From assembly GCA_027621155.1 (NCBI GenBank), contig JAQCCA010000001.1, positions 1 to 50,732 on the forward strand: a DNA stretch of 50,732 nt, in the 5' to 3' direction. A program made the translations under genes and the position numbers. Positions 29,315 to 40,086 of this stretch are shown in pieces. The stretch's first letter is position 1; each line of letters opens with the position of its first letter. Origin of the DNA: Pseudomonadota bacterium. GTDB lineage: Bacteria; Pseudomonadota; Gammaproteobacteria; Francisellales; Francisellaceae. The notes below the pieces were generated by a model, which was not told the origin of the DNA, made no database searches, and saw only the letters and a program-made list of their open reading frames with translations.

Positions 29315-29769
29315 TGTTTGATAAACCCGCGTTTAGTCAAAAGTTGATCCAAAGCATTGGCAAAGGCGTTAATATTGCTATTTGAGAACGCCTTGGTTTT
29401 TGTCTCAACTAATCCGGCGTCACGGAGCTCAGTAAAAAAATTACGCATGGCATAAGTCTGTGATATATTCGCCTTGGTATATTGCTTGCCATGCGGTGTA
29501 ATCACCACGGCATTGCGATCAGTAACTTCTTTCGCCAGTGGAATATCTGCGGTAATCACTAGATCACAGGTTTCAACCTTATTTGCGATATAGTTATCGG
29601 CAACATCAAAGCCTTTGTCGACGCAGCGCATTTTGATAAAAGGTGATGGCGGGTGCGTAAGTGGCTGGTTGGCAACAAAAATACACATAACTTTGCGTTG
29701 GTGTGCTGCCTTATACAGTACTTCTTTGACCACTTTAGGGCACGCATCGGCATCGATATAAATAATCAT
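29311..29769 (-). CDS. yaiI: YaiI/YqxD (UPF0178) family protein
   Basis: IYIDADACP, GFDVADNYI, LVITADIPLA. Confidence 0.9.
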   Translation of the reverse strand: MIIYIDADACPKVVKEVLYKAAHQRKVMCIFVANQPLTHPPSPFIKMRCVDKGFDVADNYIANKVETCDLVITADIPLAKEVTDRNAVVITPHGKQYTKANISQTYAMRNFFTELRDAGLVETKTKAFSNSNINAFANALDQLLTKRGFIKQ

Positions 29770-29770
29770 A

Positions 29771-31042
29771 TTAGGCGTAATGGCTTTGAATGTATGGAGC
29801 TAGTTCAGCCTGTGGTATGGTCACTTGTTCTTTATCTTCACGCAAGAACTTGATTACACAGGTACTGTTGTTAACCTCATCTTCAGCGATCACCAATGCC
29901 AGTACCGCACCTGATTTGTCGGCTTTTTTAAATTGTGATTTAAAGCTACCTAGCGAGGTGTTTTGTTCAATAGTTAGGTGAGGCAAGGACTTACGTAGTG
30001 TTTCGATCATTGCCATGGTCTTAAAGATCGATGACTCATCACTGATAACATAAATATCGGCATTTTGTGTTGACTCAGGAATAAGTCCAAGGGTTTCAAG
30101 GAGTAAAATAATTCGCTCAACACCCATGGCAAACCCAACAGCAGGCGTTTCAGGACCTTGCAAGTCGCTCACGAGTGAGTCATAACGACCACCGGCGCAA
30201 ATAGTACCTTGCGCACCGAGTTTATCCGTGACCCATTCAAACACTGTGTTGCAGTAGTAATCAATCCCTCGCACGAGACGTGAATTTACTCTATACGGAA
30301 TATTTAATGCGCTTAGATACTTAGCAAGTGCTTTAAAGTCTTTTTTAATATCTTGATCAAGAAAATCATGCAGATTAGGTGCATTATCCAACAGTCGTTG
30401 GGTGTTTTCATTCTTGCTATCAAGAATGCGCAGTGGGTTTTTACCTAGTCTACGCTGTGAGTCTTCATCCAATTGATCTTTAAGTGGTGTCAGATAATCA
30501 ACCAACGCATCGACATAATCAGCACGATTTTGAGCGCTTCCTAGGTTGTTTAGCTCAAGTGTGACATGCGTATCAAGCCCCAAGGCTTGCCATAATTGCC
30601 ATGACAAGCTTAACACTTCAGCATCTTGGGCAATGTGACTATTGCCATATACCTCAACACCCAGTTGATAAAATTGGCGATAACGTCCTTTTTGCGGACG
30701 CTCATAGCGAAACATAGCTCCCGTATACCACACCTTTTGGATTTGATTACGTAAAAGCCCATGTTCAATCATCGCACGCACGCAGCCTGCGGTACCCTCA
30801 GGTCTTAAAGTCAAGGCCTCATCATTGCGGTCGCTAAAATCATAGGTTTCTTTTTCAACGATATCCGTGCCTGCGCCAACGCCACGATGAAACAACTCAC
30901 TTTTTTCAACGATAGGCAGGCGAATTTCCTGATAACCATAGTTGTGTAGGGTGTGTTTTACGGCGTTTTCAAAAAAGTGCCATTTATAAATGTCGCTCGG
31001 CAAAATATCATTCATGCCACGCACGGCTTGGATTTTAGACAT
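29771..31042 (-). CDS. hisS: Histidine--tRNA ligase
   Basis: RGMNDILP, LRPEGTA, FRYERPQKGRYRQF, LVRG.DYY, GGRYD, GFAMGVER. Confidence 0.98.
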   Translation of the reverse strand: MSKIQAVRGMNDILPSDIYKWHFFENAVKHTLHNYGYQEIRLPIVEKSELFHRGVGAGTDIVEKETYDFSDRNDEALTLRPEGTAGCVRAMIEHGLLRNQIQKVWYTGAMFRYERPQKGRYRQFYQLGVEVYGNSHIAQDAEVLSLSWQLWQALGLDTHVTLELNNLGSAQNRADYVDALVDYLTPLKDQLDEDSQRRLGKNPLRILDSKNENTQRLLDNAPNLHDFLDQDIKKDFKALAKYLSALNIPYRVNSRLVRGIDYYCNTVFEWVTDKLGAQGTICAGGRYDSLVSDLQGPETPAVGFAMGVERIILLLETLGLIPESTQNADIYVISDESSIFKTMAMIETLRKSLPHLTIEQNTSLGSFKSQFKKADKSGAVLALVIAEDEVNNSTCVIKFLREDKEQVTIPQAELAPYIQSHYA

Positions 31043-31140
31043 TAGATGATTCCGTATTCATTAACTTGGAAAAGTGCGCTTATTGTATGTAAATTATCTT
31101 TAGATGGAAAGGACTTGTACTCTATAGCGCTCATAAATCA

Positions 31141-32349
31141 CTAAACGCGAATTTTGGCAGCTGTGGGTTCTTTGAATTTCATCAGCAGCATAATAGCAAT
31201 GACGTAAAACACAGCAATCATCGCACCTAGGAGAATTAAGTTAGCACGCATTAAATTAGCAAATATAAGCGAAAGTGCAACAATAAGATCAATCGTGAGT
31301 CCATAGATTGACGAAGCCACAGCGCTGTGATTTTTATCAATGAGTAAAAATGCCATCGTTGATGTGTTTACGCTTACAAGGGCTGAGGAAAAGCCAAATA
31401 AAATGGCACTTAGACCAATCAAGTAGATGGCGTAATGTGCTGGTAGAAAGTAAGCGCTGATAAATAATATGCCGCTCAATACAGCAACAAAAGAAAAGCT
31501 GTAAGCGCTTTGCTCATAACTCATTAATCCATTAAGCCAGCGAATATTAATCCAACGTGCTAAGGCACCAACGAAGATCAATAAAAAGGATAACCAGCCA
31601 TAAACAATCGTGTTAAATCCAAGCGTTTTGATCACAATATAAGGTGTGCAGATATAAAAAACTGACATGCCCGCCCATGCCACTGATGTGATATAGCAAT
31701 AGCTTAAAAATTGTGTGTTGCTAACAATGCTAAAGAATTTTTTGCAACTTGAGGTTTTGACTTCAGTGGTTGCTGTTGGTATTTCTTTAAAATAAATAGC
31801 AATTAAAACAAGGGCGAGTAGTGCTACCAAAATAACGCCATTAAAAACCCATTCCCAACCACCATAATAGACGACATAACCACCGATAAAGCCAGCAAGT
31901 GAGGGCGCTAAATAAAACAAAAGTGTTAAGCTCTGCCAGGTCTTAACATAGGTATTACCCGTTAGCATATCCTTGGGTAAGGCAACGGCAAGAATATACA
32001 AACCAGAAGCGCCAATGCCTTGCAGTATGCGCCCGATATAAAAGGCAAAGATGCTTTGCGATAACAAGCATACAACGCTGCCAATAATGACGATTAAACA
32101 ATAAAGTATCAGTGTTTTTTTGCGTCCAAAACGATCACTGATAAGACCGGCTGGAATCGCGAAGATCGCACCGGCAATAACAAATAAGGTCAGTGTTAAC
32201 TGGCTTTGCCCAACATTCACTGCAAAGTCATTTTGTAACAAGGGCAGTGCTGAGATATACATATCATAAGCACAGACATACACACCAACGAGGAAGATGG
32301 CGAAAAAGTAAACGTATTTTTCGGGTTTCATATTTATTTTGCTATTCAT
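31141..32349 (-). CDS. MFS transporter, Bcr/CflA-like multidrug efflux
   Basis: DMY..ALP, G.ISDRFGRK motif A, GRILQGIGA, about 12 TM helices; start probably ATG 32349 just after the upstream stop (alternatives 32361, 32331). Confidence 0.85.
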   Translation of the reverse strand: MNSKINMKPEKYVYFFAIFLVGVYVCAYDMYISALPLLQNDFAVNVGQSQLTLTLFVIAGAIFAIPAGLISDRFGRKKTLILYCLIVIIGSVVCLLSQSIFAFYIGRILQGIGASGLYILAVALPKDMLTGNTYVKTWQSLTLLFYLAPSLAGFIGGYVVYYGGWEWVFNGVILVALLALVLIAIYFKEIPTATTEVKTSSCKKFFSIVSNTQFLSYCYITSVAWAGMSVFYICTPYIVIKTLGFNTIVYGWLSFLLIFVGALARWINIRWLNGLMSYEQSAYSFSFVAVLSGILFISAYFLPAHYAIYLIGLSAILFGFSSALVSVNTSTMAFLLIDKNHSAVASSIYGLTIDLIVALSLIFANLMRANLILLGAMIAVFYVIAIMLLMKFKEPTAAKIRV

Positions 32350-32350
32350 A

Positions 32351-33511
32351 TTACTTGCCATTGCTTGGGAGGTGCTGTTTTAGGCTGAGAGCAACTTGCT
32401 GTAGGGGTTTCTTAAAAGATTGTTCTAGTTTGCTCATATGCTCAACATGCCAAGCTATGACATCACTCCACTCATCTTTGTTTAGAGCATTAAATGTTTT
32501 TGAAAATTGAATGCGACATGATTTTTTTTGATCTAATCTCATCCAGTCAAGAGTGTTGCTGAAAGTTGATTCAATTTGAGATTTTTTCTCCATAAGACAG
32601 TCAAAAATAAATTTATTTTCCTCTGTAGAGCCACGACTTATCCAAAGCTCAACTCGGATCTCTTTTTGTGAAAAAATTAGATTATATGTGCAGCCGCTTA
32701 AGCCAGAGCCCGCAGAAAGCCAATGATCTTTGCTCGGGCTAATATTATTGTATAGCGTACAATTACTCTTTTGGAAGGCTTCAAGTGCATAGCCCCAGTA
32801 CTCATGGCGAATGATGTGGCGTTTCTTAAGCACGATTTCAGTATCTTTTTCCTCGAACTCTTTTGCTTTAATACCAATCATTAATTCTTTGACTTCTGGT
32901 GTTGGTATAATTTGATCAATATTAATAAGCAGTTGCTCACCCAGGGCGTAAGGCGTCACCTTAAAGCATTGAATACTGATGCCCTGATCAAGCAGCCACA
33001 GTGCTGTGCTAGTAACCTCTTTGCGAAAGTTAGCAGCAACGAGCATAATGCGCTGGCTACTGCCTGTATTTAATCTGGCTTCATCGATTGCGGGAGCTTC
33101 CAGAAACTCGCATAGCCGGGTTGTTGCATCAGTCGTTTCTATGCTCTCAGCAACGGCTATTTGGCGGTTAAGATATTGCTGATAAATTTCAACGATTTGT
33201 GCTTTTGTTAGGGTTGCGCAGTAAGACGCATATTTTAGTGCTTGCCAAACAACATCACGTCCAGAATCATCAAGTTTATTTTCGATAATCACTAAATTCC
33301 CAGATTTATCGAGAGCCAGTAAGTCTAATCGTTCGCGGGTATCGTCAAAACCATCAAATTCTTTCTGGATAATTAGAAGTTCTTCACCTAAAGCGTTTGG
33401 GTGATGTGCTAACCACTCTTGAAGGTGTGCTCTTTCGGTTAGCCCCATGTCGCTAAAACGCTTTACTGCGACAGGATTGATGCGATTAGTCTTGTAGTCA
33501 ACTGTAAACAT
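32351..33511 (-). CDS. NucS/EndoMS-like PD-(D/E)xK nuclease fused to a DUF4268-like C-terminal domain
   Basis: E..LQEW....P..LGE.L, RLDLLALD..GNLVIIENK, Q...Y; C-terminal YW...L, W...GSG.SG, RVELWI, L.W.RL..KKSCRI, W....M..LE..F; AAAGGA RBS. Confidence 0.78.
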   Translation of the reverse strand: MFTVDYKTNRINPVAVKRFSDMGLTERAHLQEWLAHHPNALGEELLIIQKEFDGFDDTRERLDLLALDKSGNLVIIENKLDDSGRDVVWQALKYASYCATLTKAQIVEIYQQYLNRQIAVAESIETTDATTRLCEFLEAPAIDEARLNTGSSQRIMLVAANFRKEVTSTALWLLDQGISIQCFKVTPYALGEQLLINIDQIIPTPEVKELMIGIKAKEFEEKDTEIVLKKRHIIRHEYWGYALEAFQKSNCTLYNNISPSKDHWLSAGSGLSGCTYNLIFSQKEIRVELWISRGSTEENKFIFDCLMEKKSQIESTFSNTLDWMRLDQKKSCRIQFSKTFNALNKDEWSDVIAWHVEHMSKLEQSFKKPLQQVALSLKQHLPSNGK

Positions 33512-33572
33512 GGCGCTTTTCCTTTGATTTACTTTTGGAGCTTTTAGGTGTTTGATGTTGGTGTGCAGGTGT

Positions 33573-33581
33573 ATTGTAGCA
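33573..33581 (-). promoter_or_regulatory. Putative extended -10 (TGCTACAAT) for the nuclease-MFS unit
   Basis: TGn plus TACAAT about 60 nt upstream of the start codon. Confidence 0.45.
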
Positions 33582-33732
33582 TAGTCCGTTTTGAACTAAA
33601 AAAGCTTTAGTTGCCTTGGCTTGATAATGGTTAATGTTAGGAAATGAAAATTGATTCTGATGATAAAATAACATCCCTGAGGAGTTTATACATCATATGC
33701 TAGAGAATCCTGTTTCTGTGCTGTGGCGAGTA

Positions 33733-33741
33733 TGCTATAAT
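33733..33741 (+). promoter_or_regulatory. Extended -10 promoter (TGCTATAAT) of gyrA with GC-rich discriminator
   Basis: Consensus TGnTATAAT 40 nt upstream of ATG, followed by TCGCGGC. Confidence 0.65.
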
Positions 33742-33781
33742 TCGCGGCAGTTTTTAGAATATTTGAAGCGTTTATATCCTT

Positions 33782-36433
33782 ATGACCACACAATTTGCCA
33801 ATGAAGTTTTTCCGGTTACTATCGAGCAGGAATTAAAGCAATCATATCTTGATTATGCCATGAGCGTTATCGTTGGACGAGCGCTTCCTGATGTGCGTGA
33901 TGGCTTGAAGCCTGTGCATAGACGTGTTCTTTTTGCGATGAAAGAGTTAGGCAATGACTTTAATAAGCCTTATAAAAAATCAGCGCGTGTTGTCGGGGAT
34001 GTGATTGGTAAATATCACCCGCATGGTGATACGGCGGTTTATGACACGATTGTGCGTATGGCGCAGCCGTTTTCGTTGCGTTATATGCTAGTTGACGGTC
34101 AGGGTAACTTTGGTTCGGTTGATGGTGATTCACCGGCGGCAATGCGTTATACCGAAGTGCGCATGTCAAAGATGGCGCATTCATTGCTAATCGATATCGA
34201 TAAAGAGACGGTTAACTTCTCGCCAAACTATGATGAAACCGAGATGATTCCAGACGTGCTACCAACGCGCATACCTAACCTGTTGGTTAATGGTTCATCC
34301 GGTATTGCGGTGGGGATGGCAACAAATATTCCGCCACACAATTTAAACGAAGTCATTGAAGGCGTGATTGCGCTGATCGAAAACCCTGATTTAAGCATCG
34401 AAGAGTTGATGGAATATATTCCTGGCCCTGATTTTCCAACTGGTGCCTATATCAATGGTCGTGCCGGCATTGTTGATGCGTATAAAACAGGACGCGGACG
34501 CGTTATTATGCGTGCTAAGGCATCGATTGAAACCGATAAGAAAACTGATCGCGAGCAGATTATAGTTACTGAAATCCCGTATCAGGTGAACAAAGCACGT
34601 TTGATTGAGAAAATTGCCGAACTGGTTAAAGACAAAAAAATCGAAGGTATTTCTGAATTACGTGATGAGTCAGACAAAGACGGTATGCGTATTGCTATCG
34701 ATATCAAGCGTGGCGAAGTGCCTGAGGTGCTATTGAATAACCTATATGCACAAACACAAATGCAGTTAAGCTTCGGTGTCAATATGGTTGCCTTGGTTGA
34801 TAGTCAGCCGAAGTTGTTGAACTTAAAAGAAGTGATTGAAGCCTTTATTCGTCATCGTAAAGAAGTGGTAACACGACGCACGATTTTTGAATTGCGTAAA
34901 GCGCGTGAGCGCGCACATCTTTTAGAAGGTTTAGCGATTGCTTTATCAAACATTGATGAAATGATTGCGTTGATTAAAGCCTCTAAAACACCAGCTGAAG
35001 CTAAAGAGGCGCTTTTAGCTCGTTCATGGTCTGGTAAACTTGTCGGACAAATGCTTGAAGGAGTTGATCAAGGGCTTTATCGCATTGATGGCTTGGCATC
35101 ACACTATGGTTTACACAATGATGAATACTTTCTGTCACAAGCGCAGGTTGATGCGATTTTAGAGCTTCGCTTGCATCGCTTGACAGGCTTGGAACAGGAT
35201 AAGATTCTCGATGAATTTAAAGCATTACTTCTGCGCATCGAAGAGTTGATCGCGATTTTAAAAGATATTAAACGTTTGCTTGAAGTGATTTGTGAAGAAT
35301 TGCAAGAAGTGAAAGCACAGTTTGGTGATGCGCGTCGCTCAGAGATTATCGCTTCTCAGCTTGATTTAGGTTACGAAGATTTAATTACTGAAGAATCCAT
35401 GGTAGTGACACTTTCGTATGATGGCTATGTCAAAGCGCAGCCATTGAAAGATTATAACGCGCAAAAACGTGGTGGGCGTGGTAAATCCTCGACGCAAATG
35501 AAGGAAGAGGATTTTGTTTATAAACTGCAAATTGCTTCGACACATGCCATGATGTTGTGTTTTTCAAGCTTGGGTAAAATATACTGGAGCAAAGTCTATG
35601 AATTCCCACAAGCAGGGCGTGCTGCCAAAGGCAGACCAATTAATAATGTGTTTCCATTAGAGCAAGGTGAGCGCATTACGGCTATGTTGGCGGTATCCGA
35701 TTTTACTGAAGGTTGGAATATCTTTATGGCAACCAAACAAGCAACGGTTAAAAAAGTTGATCTAACCGCCTTTTCACGTCCGCGCAAGGGCGGCATTTAT
35801 GCCTTAACCCTTGATGAAGGTGATGAGCTATTGCATGTGCATTTAACCAATGGTCAGCAAGAGATTATGATGTTCTCAAATGCCGGCAAAGCCATTCGCT
35901 TTAACGAAGAAGAGGTGCGCGCTGTGGGTAGAACCGCGCGTGGTGTCAGAGGCATGCGCATTCAAGAAGATCAAACGATTGTTGGCGTGATTGTCACAGA
36001 GCCTGATCACGGGGTTGTGTTAACAGCGACTGAAAACGGCTATGGCAAACGCACCCCAGTTGCCGAGTATCGCAAGACGGCGCGTGGCTCTCAGGGAGTG
36101 ATTTCCATCTCGACATCTGATCGTAATGGTCTTGTGGTTGCAGCAGGACTTGTTGAGGAAACAGATGACATTATGCTGATGACCGATCAAGGTGTGCTTA
36201 TTAGAACACGTGTACGTGAAGTGCGTGAAACAGGTCGTTCAGCGCAAGGTGTTAAGTTGATTAACTTGAAGTCAGATGAGAAACTAGTCTCAGTGCAAGT
36301 CGTTGGTGAGGATGAGTCTGAAGAAGATTTTGATGATGAAGTGCTAAATAATGAAACAAATGACATCACAGTAGCAGATGACGCGCTAGAACAGGGTGAG
36401 CAAAATAACGAAGATGACAGCGAACTGGAGTAA
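33782..36433 (+). CDS. gyrA: DNA gyrase subunit A
   Basis: [35 protein letters not shown] catalytic Tyr, GyrA-box QKRGGRG, acidic C-terminal tail. Confidence 0.98.
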   Translation: MTTQFANEVFPVTIEQELKQSYLDYAMSVIVGRALPDVRDGLKPVHRRVLFAMKELGNDFNKPYKKSARVVGDVIGKYHPHGDTAVYDTIVRMAQPFSLRYMLVDGQGNFGSVDGDSPAAMRYTEVRMSKMAHSLLIDIDKETVNFSPNYDETEMIPDVLPTRIPNLLVNGSSGIAVGMATNIPPHNLNEVIEGVIALIENPDLSIEELMEYIPGPDFPTGAYINGRAGIVDAYKTGRGRVIMRAKASIETDKKTDREQIIVTEIPYQVNKARLIEKIAELVKDKKIEGISELRDESDKDGMRIAIDIKRGEVPEVLLNNLYAQTQMQLSFGVNMVALVDSQPKLLNLKEVIEAFIRHRKEVVTRRTIFELRKARERAHLLEGLAIALSNIDEMIALIKASKTPAEAKEALLARSWSGKLVGQMLEGVDQGLYRIDGLASHYGLHNDEYFLSQAQVDAILELRLHRLTGLEQDKILDEFKALLLRIEELIAILKDIKRLLEVICEELQEVKAQFGDARRSEIIASQLDLGYEDLITEESMVVTLSYDGYVKAQPLKDYNAQKRGGRGKSSTQMKEEDFVYKLQIASTHAMMLCFSSLGKIYWSKVYEFPQAGRAAKGRPINNVFPLEQGERITAMLAVSDFTEGWNIFMATKQATVKKVDLTAFSRPRKGGIYALTLDEGDELLHVHLTNGQQEIMMFSNAGKAIRFNEEEVRAVGRTARGVRGMRIQEDQTIVGVIVTEPDHGVVLTATENGYGKRTPVAEYRKTARGSQGVISISTSDRNGLVVAAGLVEETDDIMLMTDQGVLIRTRVREVRETGRSAQGVKLINLKSDEKLVSVQVVGEDESEEDFDDEVLNNETNDITVADDALEQGEQNNEDDSELE

Positions 36434-36436
36434 TTC

Positions 36437-37615
36437 GTGAAAGTCATCACGATTTTGGGGGCGACAGGATCAATTGGTGTTAATACGCTAGAGATTGTTC
36501 GCGATAATCCTGCTGATTTTGAAGTTTATGCACTGACTGCGCATCGTAATATCGAGCGGTTATATCAGCAATGTCTTGAATTTAGGCCACATTATGCCGT
36601 AGTTGCGGATGAGGGCTTAGCAAATAAACTTAGCGATGATCTTAAAGCTTTAGATTGTCAGACGATAGTGCTATATGGCAAAGAGGGGCTTATTTCTGTA
36701 GCAAGTGCTGATAAAGTGGATATGGTTATGGCTGCCATTGTTGGTATTGCAGGATTGGCACCAACGTTTGCAGCAGTGAATAAAGGCAAAACCATTTTAC
36801 TAGCAAATAAAGAAGCGTTGGTCACTGCGGGTGAGATTTTCATGCGTGCAGCAAAACAATCTGGCGCTATAATCTTGCCTGTGGATAGTGAGCACAACGC
36901 GATTTTCCAATGTTTGCCTGATCAAGATAAACATTATGATCAACAGGCAATCTCCAGAATTATTTTAACGGCCTCAGGTGGACCTTTTCGCGAAAAGTCT
37001 CTGGATGAGCTTAAAGATATCACGCCAGATGAGGCATGCGCACATCCAAACTGGCAGATGGGGCGCAAAATATCCGTTGATTCGTCAACGATGATGAACA
37101 AAGCGCTAGAGGTTATCGAGGCTTATTGGTTATTTCAAGTGCCAGTCGAAAAAATTGAAGTGTTGATTCATCCACAAAGTATTGTGCACTCGATGGTTGA
37201 ATATCATGACGGTAGTTTTATCGCGCAGATGGGCTCACCGGATATGAAAACCCCGATTGGTTATGCGATGTATTATCCACAAAGACACAAAATCAATGTG
37301 CCAAAGCTTGATTTCACTGCTAAACCATTAAGTTTTAATGCACTGGATGGGCAGCGTTTTGCACTTATTCCGTTGGTGTATGACATGCTAAAACGTCAAG
37401 ATTATGCTGCGACAATTGTATTAAATGCTGCCAATGAGGTGCTGGTCGAGGCTTTTTTGGCGGAAAAAATACAATATTTGGAAATAATCGAGTATATTGA
37501 ACGAGTTTTGCAGACGATAAAATTGAATAAACCTGAAACCATTGATGATGTTGTTGCCATTGATTTACAGGCACGTGCGCATGTTACAATGCTTTTAAAT
37601 ACAGATAAAAATTGA
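36437..37615 (+). CDS. dxr: 1-deoxy-D-xylulose-5-phosphate reductoisomerase
   Basis: LGATGSIG, LANKE, PVDSEH, LTASGGPF, HPNW.MG.KISVDS..MMNK; GTG start. Confidence 0.97.
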   Translation: MKVITILGATGSIGVNTLEIVRDNPADFEVYALTAHRNIERLYQQCLEFRPHYAVVADEGLANKLSDDLKALDCQTIVLYGKEGLISVASADKVDMVMAAIVGIAGLAPTFAAVNKGKTILLANKEALVTAGEIFMRAAKQSGAIILPVDSEHNAIFQCLPDQDKHYDQQAISRIILTASGGPFREKSLDELKDITPDEACAHPNWQMGRKISVDSSTMMNKALEVIEAYWLFQVPVEKIEVLIHPQSIVHSMVEYHDGSFIAQMGSPDMKTPIGYAMYYPQRHKINVPKLDFTAKPLSFNALDGQRFALIPLVYDMLKRQDYAATIVLNAANEVLVEAFLAEKIQYLEIIEYIERVLQTIKLNKPETIDDVVAIDLQARAHVTMLLNTDKN

Positions 37616-37645
37616 ATAAAATAATTAAAATGAAGGAAGATTAGC

Positions 37646-40027
37646 TTGAGCTTGTCATTGAAAAAAACATTGTTAGTTACGCTTTTAGGTGTTGCACCTT
37701 TTGCTGGTGCTTATGCACAAAATAGCTTTGTTGCCAAAAGTATAAAAGTTGAAGGTTTAGAGCGCATCTCAAAAGAAACCGTGCTGAATGATTTAGGTAT
37801 TCACATTCGAGAAACAGTTGATGCTTCAGAAACCAATGAGGCAATTAAATCACTTTATAGCAGTGGATTTTTCAAAAATGTACAGTTATATCAAGATGGT
37901 CATACCTTGATTGTGCAGGTGGCGGAGCGTCCAGCTATTAGTGCGGTTGATTTTGATGGTAATGATAAGATCAAAAATGATGATATGAAAAAAGTCCTGC
38001 GTGAAGCAGGTCTTGATGTTGGTAATATCGCTAACCCTGAAATTCTATTTCAAGTTAAACAATCGCTATTAATGCAATATGCGTTGATGGGCTATTACTC
38101 TACAACAGTAGATATACAAGAGATTAAAGAAGTGCGTAATCGTGTGGCGATCAAGATCAATATTGCCGAGGGTAAAACCGCGACCGTGCGTCGCATTAAT
38201 GTGATTGGCAATAAAGCATTCGCACAAAGTGAGCTTATTGATAATATCACTTTTAAAACACCATCAATTTGGAATTTATGGGGACTGTTTACCTCAAAGG
38301 CGGATTACTCGCCAACTAATATGCAGTCTTCAACGGAAGATCTGAGTAACTATTATATGAATAATGGTTACTTGGACTTTAAAGTGACTTCACAGCAGGC
38401 GTCATTATCACCGAATAAAGAGAATGCATTTATCGCCTTTGATGTCAGTGAAGGTGAGATTTATAAGGTCTCTAAAGTATCATTAGAAGGTAAGTTCGTT
38501 ATTGCCAAAGCCGATCTTGAGAAGCTTATTAGTTTTAAAGCAGGAGATACCTTCTCACGCCAAAAAGTGCTAGATAGCGCCAAGGCAATTACACAAGCAT
38601 TGGGGGATAAGGGTTATGCCTTTGCCAATGTTAACCCTGTGCCTAATGTTGATAAAGATAACAAGACAGTAGCATTAACTTTCTATATTGATCCTGGTAA
38701 AAAAGTCTATATTAATCAGATTAATTTCCTAGGAAATAATGTTACCAATGATTATGTTTACCGCCGTCAGATGCAGTATTTTGAATCCGGTGTTTACAAT
38801 CAGACAATGATTGATCAATCAAAGATTAAATTACAGAGAATGCCATTTGTTCAAGATGTGACGGTCAAAAAAGTTCCTGTCCCAGGCTCTGATGATTTGG
38901 TTAACATGGATTATGACATTAAAGAAAGAAGTGCCAATACAGTCAGTGCAAGTATTGGTTACTCACAACTATATAACTTTATGATTGGTGGTAATCTATC
39001 ACTACCAAATATTCAAGGTACGGGGAATCAGTTCTCGATCGGTGCGAATTTATCAAGTGTTTATCAAAGCTTGAATATGTCGTATACCGATCCGTATTTT
39101 ACCCAATCAGGGATTAGTCAGACGATTAGTACCTATTTGTCACGCACGGATTATGATGATACCTCAATTGCTAGCTATCGCTTGAATCAATATGGTGCGA
39201 ATTTAGGTTATAGTATTCCAACATCGGCCTTTGACTCGATTAGTGTCGGCGTCGGTGTTGATCACACGCAAGTATTGCAACCAAGTGGCGGTACATCGAG
39301 TATATTGCAGTGGTTTGTCCAACAAAATGATGGTCAAACATCCTTTAATACCTTTACGGTGAACCTTGGTTGGAATCATAACTCAACCAATCGCGCGTTC
39401 TTCCCAACAGAAGGAACAACCTTAGGGCTAAATGGTACTGTGTCAGTGCCTGGAATTAGTGATCTACAGTGGTATAAAGTCACGGGATCTGCGGGATTCT
39501 TCCATCCGATTATTGGTGATATGACGCTTTCAGTCAAAGGGGGCGTCGGTTATGGTAATGGTTATGGCAGTACCGAATACTTACCATTCTTCCAGAATTT
39601 CTATGGTGGAGGCTGGGGCTCGGTTCGTGGTTTCTCTCAAGGGGGTATGGGGCCTTCTGATACCTATACACCAACTGGTGGAGCAGCTGAGCAAGGTAAT
39701 GCCATTGGTGGTAATTTAAATGTTTACACTAATATGGATGTGTTATTCCCAATCCCAGGGTTAAAAGATAGTCGCAATATGCGTCTGGGTGTGTTCTTTG
39801 ATGCGGGTAATGTTTATAACACTTATGATATGACCGGCGCGGGAATCTGGTCAGGAACTGCCGGTGATAAATCACCAACGTTTTCTAACTTACGTTATTC
39901 CGTGGGGGTCGAATTCCAGTGGCTATCTCCACTAGGTGCGATGGCATTTAGCTTAGCAAAACCATTAAATACTAAACCAGGAGATTCAACGCAAGTATTC
40001 CAATTCACACTGGGGCAAACGTTCTAA
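37646..40027 (+). CDS. bamA: Outer membrane protein assembly factor BamA
   Basis: Signal peptide, POTRA repeats (V.GL.RI, Y...GY), VRGF motif, C-terminal FQF.LG.TF; TTG start with AAGGA RBS. Confidence 0.95.
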   Translation: MSLSLKKTLLVTLLGVAPFAGAYAQNSFVAKSIKVEGLERISKETVLNDLGIHIRETVDASETNEAIKSLYSSGFFKNVQLYQDGHTLIVQVAERPAISAVDFDGNDKIKNDDMKKVLREAGLDVGNIANPEILFQVKQSLLMQYALMGYYSTTVDIQEIKEVRNRVAIKINIAEGKTATVRRINVIGNKAFAQSELIDNITFKTPSIWNLWGLFTSKADYSPTNMQSSTEDLSNYYMNNGYLDFKVTSQQASLSPNKENAFIAFDVSEGEIYKVSKVSLEGKFVIAKADLEKLISFKAGDTFSRQKVLDSAKAITQALGDKGYAFANVNPVPNVDKDNKTVALTFYIDPGKKVYINQINFLGNNVTNDYVYRRQMQYFESGVYNQTMIDQSKIKLQRMPFVQDVTVKKVPVPGSDDLVNMDYDIKERSANTVSASIGYSQLYNFMIGGNLSLPNIQGTGNQFSIGANLSSVYQSLNMSYTDPYFTQSGISQTISTYLSRTDYDDTSIASYRLNQYGANLGYSIPTSAFDSISVGVGVDHTQVLQPSGGTSSILQWFVQQNDGQTSFNTFTVNLGWNHNSTNRAFFPTEGTTLGLNGTVSVPGISDLQWYKVTGSAGFFHPIIGDMTLSVKGGVGYGNGYGSTEYLPFFQNFYGGGWGSVRGFSQGGMGPSDTYTPTGGAAEQGNAIGGNLNVYTNMDVLFPIPGLKDSRNMRLGVFFDAGNVYNTYDMTGAGIWSGTAGDKSPTFSNLRYSVGVEFQWLSPLGAMAFSLAKPLNTKPGDSTQVFQFTLGQTF

Positions 40028-40086
40028 CCCTTTAAGTTGAAAAGTATGATCAAGATTTCAAATTTAGTTAAATCTAAGGAGTAAAT

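Noticed and set aside
33623-33660. Possible Fur boxes upstream of gyrA/nuclease
   Set aside because: At best 12/19 to consensus in very AT-rich DNA.
33672-33694. CATCCCTGAGGAGTTTATACAT resembling the ERIC core
   Set aside because: Short gapped similarity, with no palindromic partner or TATA termini.
34021-34045. GyrA QRDR Thr at the Ser83-equivalent position (HGDTAVYD)
   Set aside because: Thr is wild type in many gammaproteobacteria; not evidence of quinolone resistance.
36300-36433. Acidic low-complexity C-terminus of GyrA
   Set aside because: An acidic tail is a known normal feature of GyrA.
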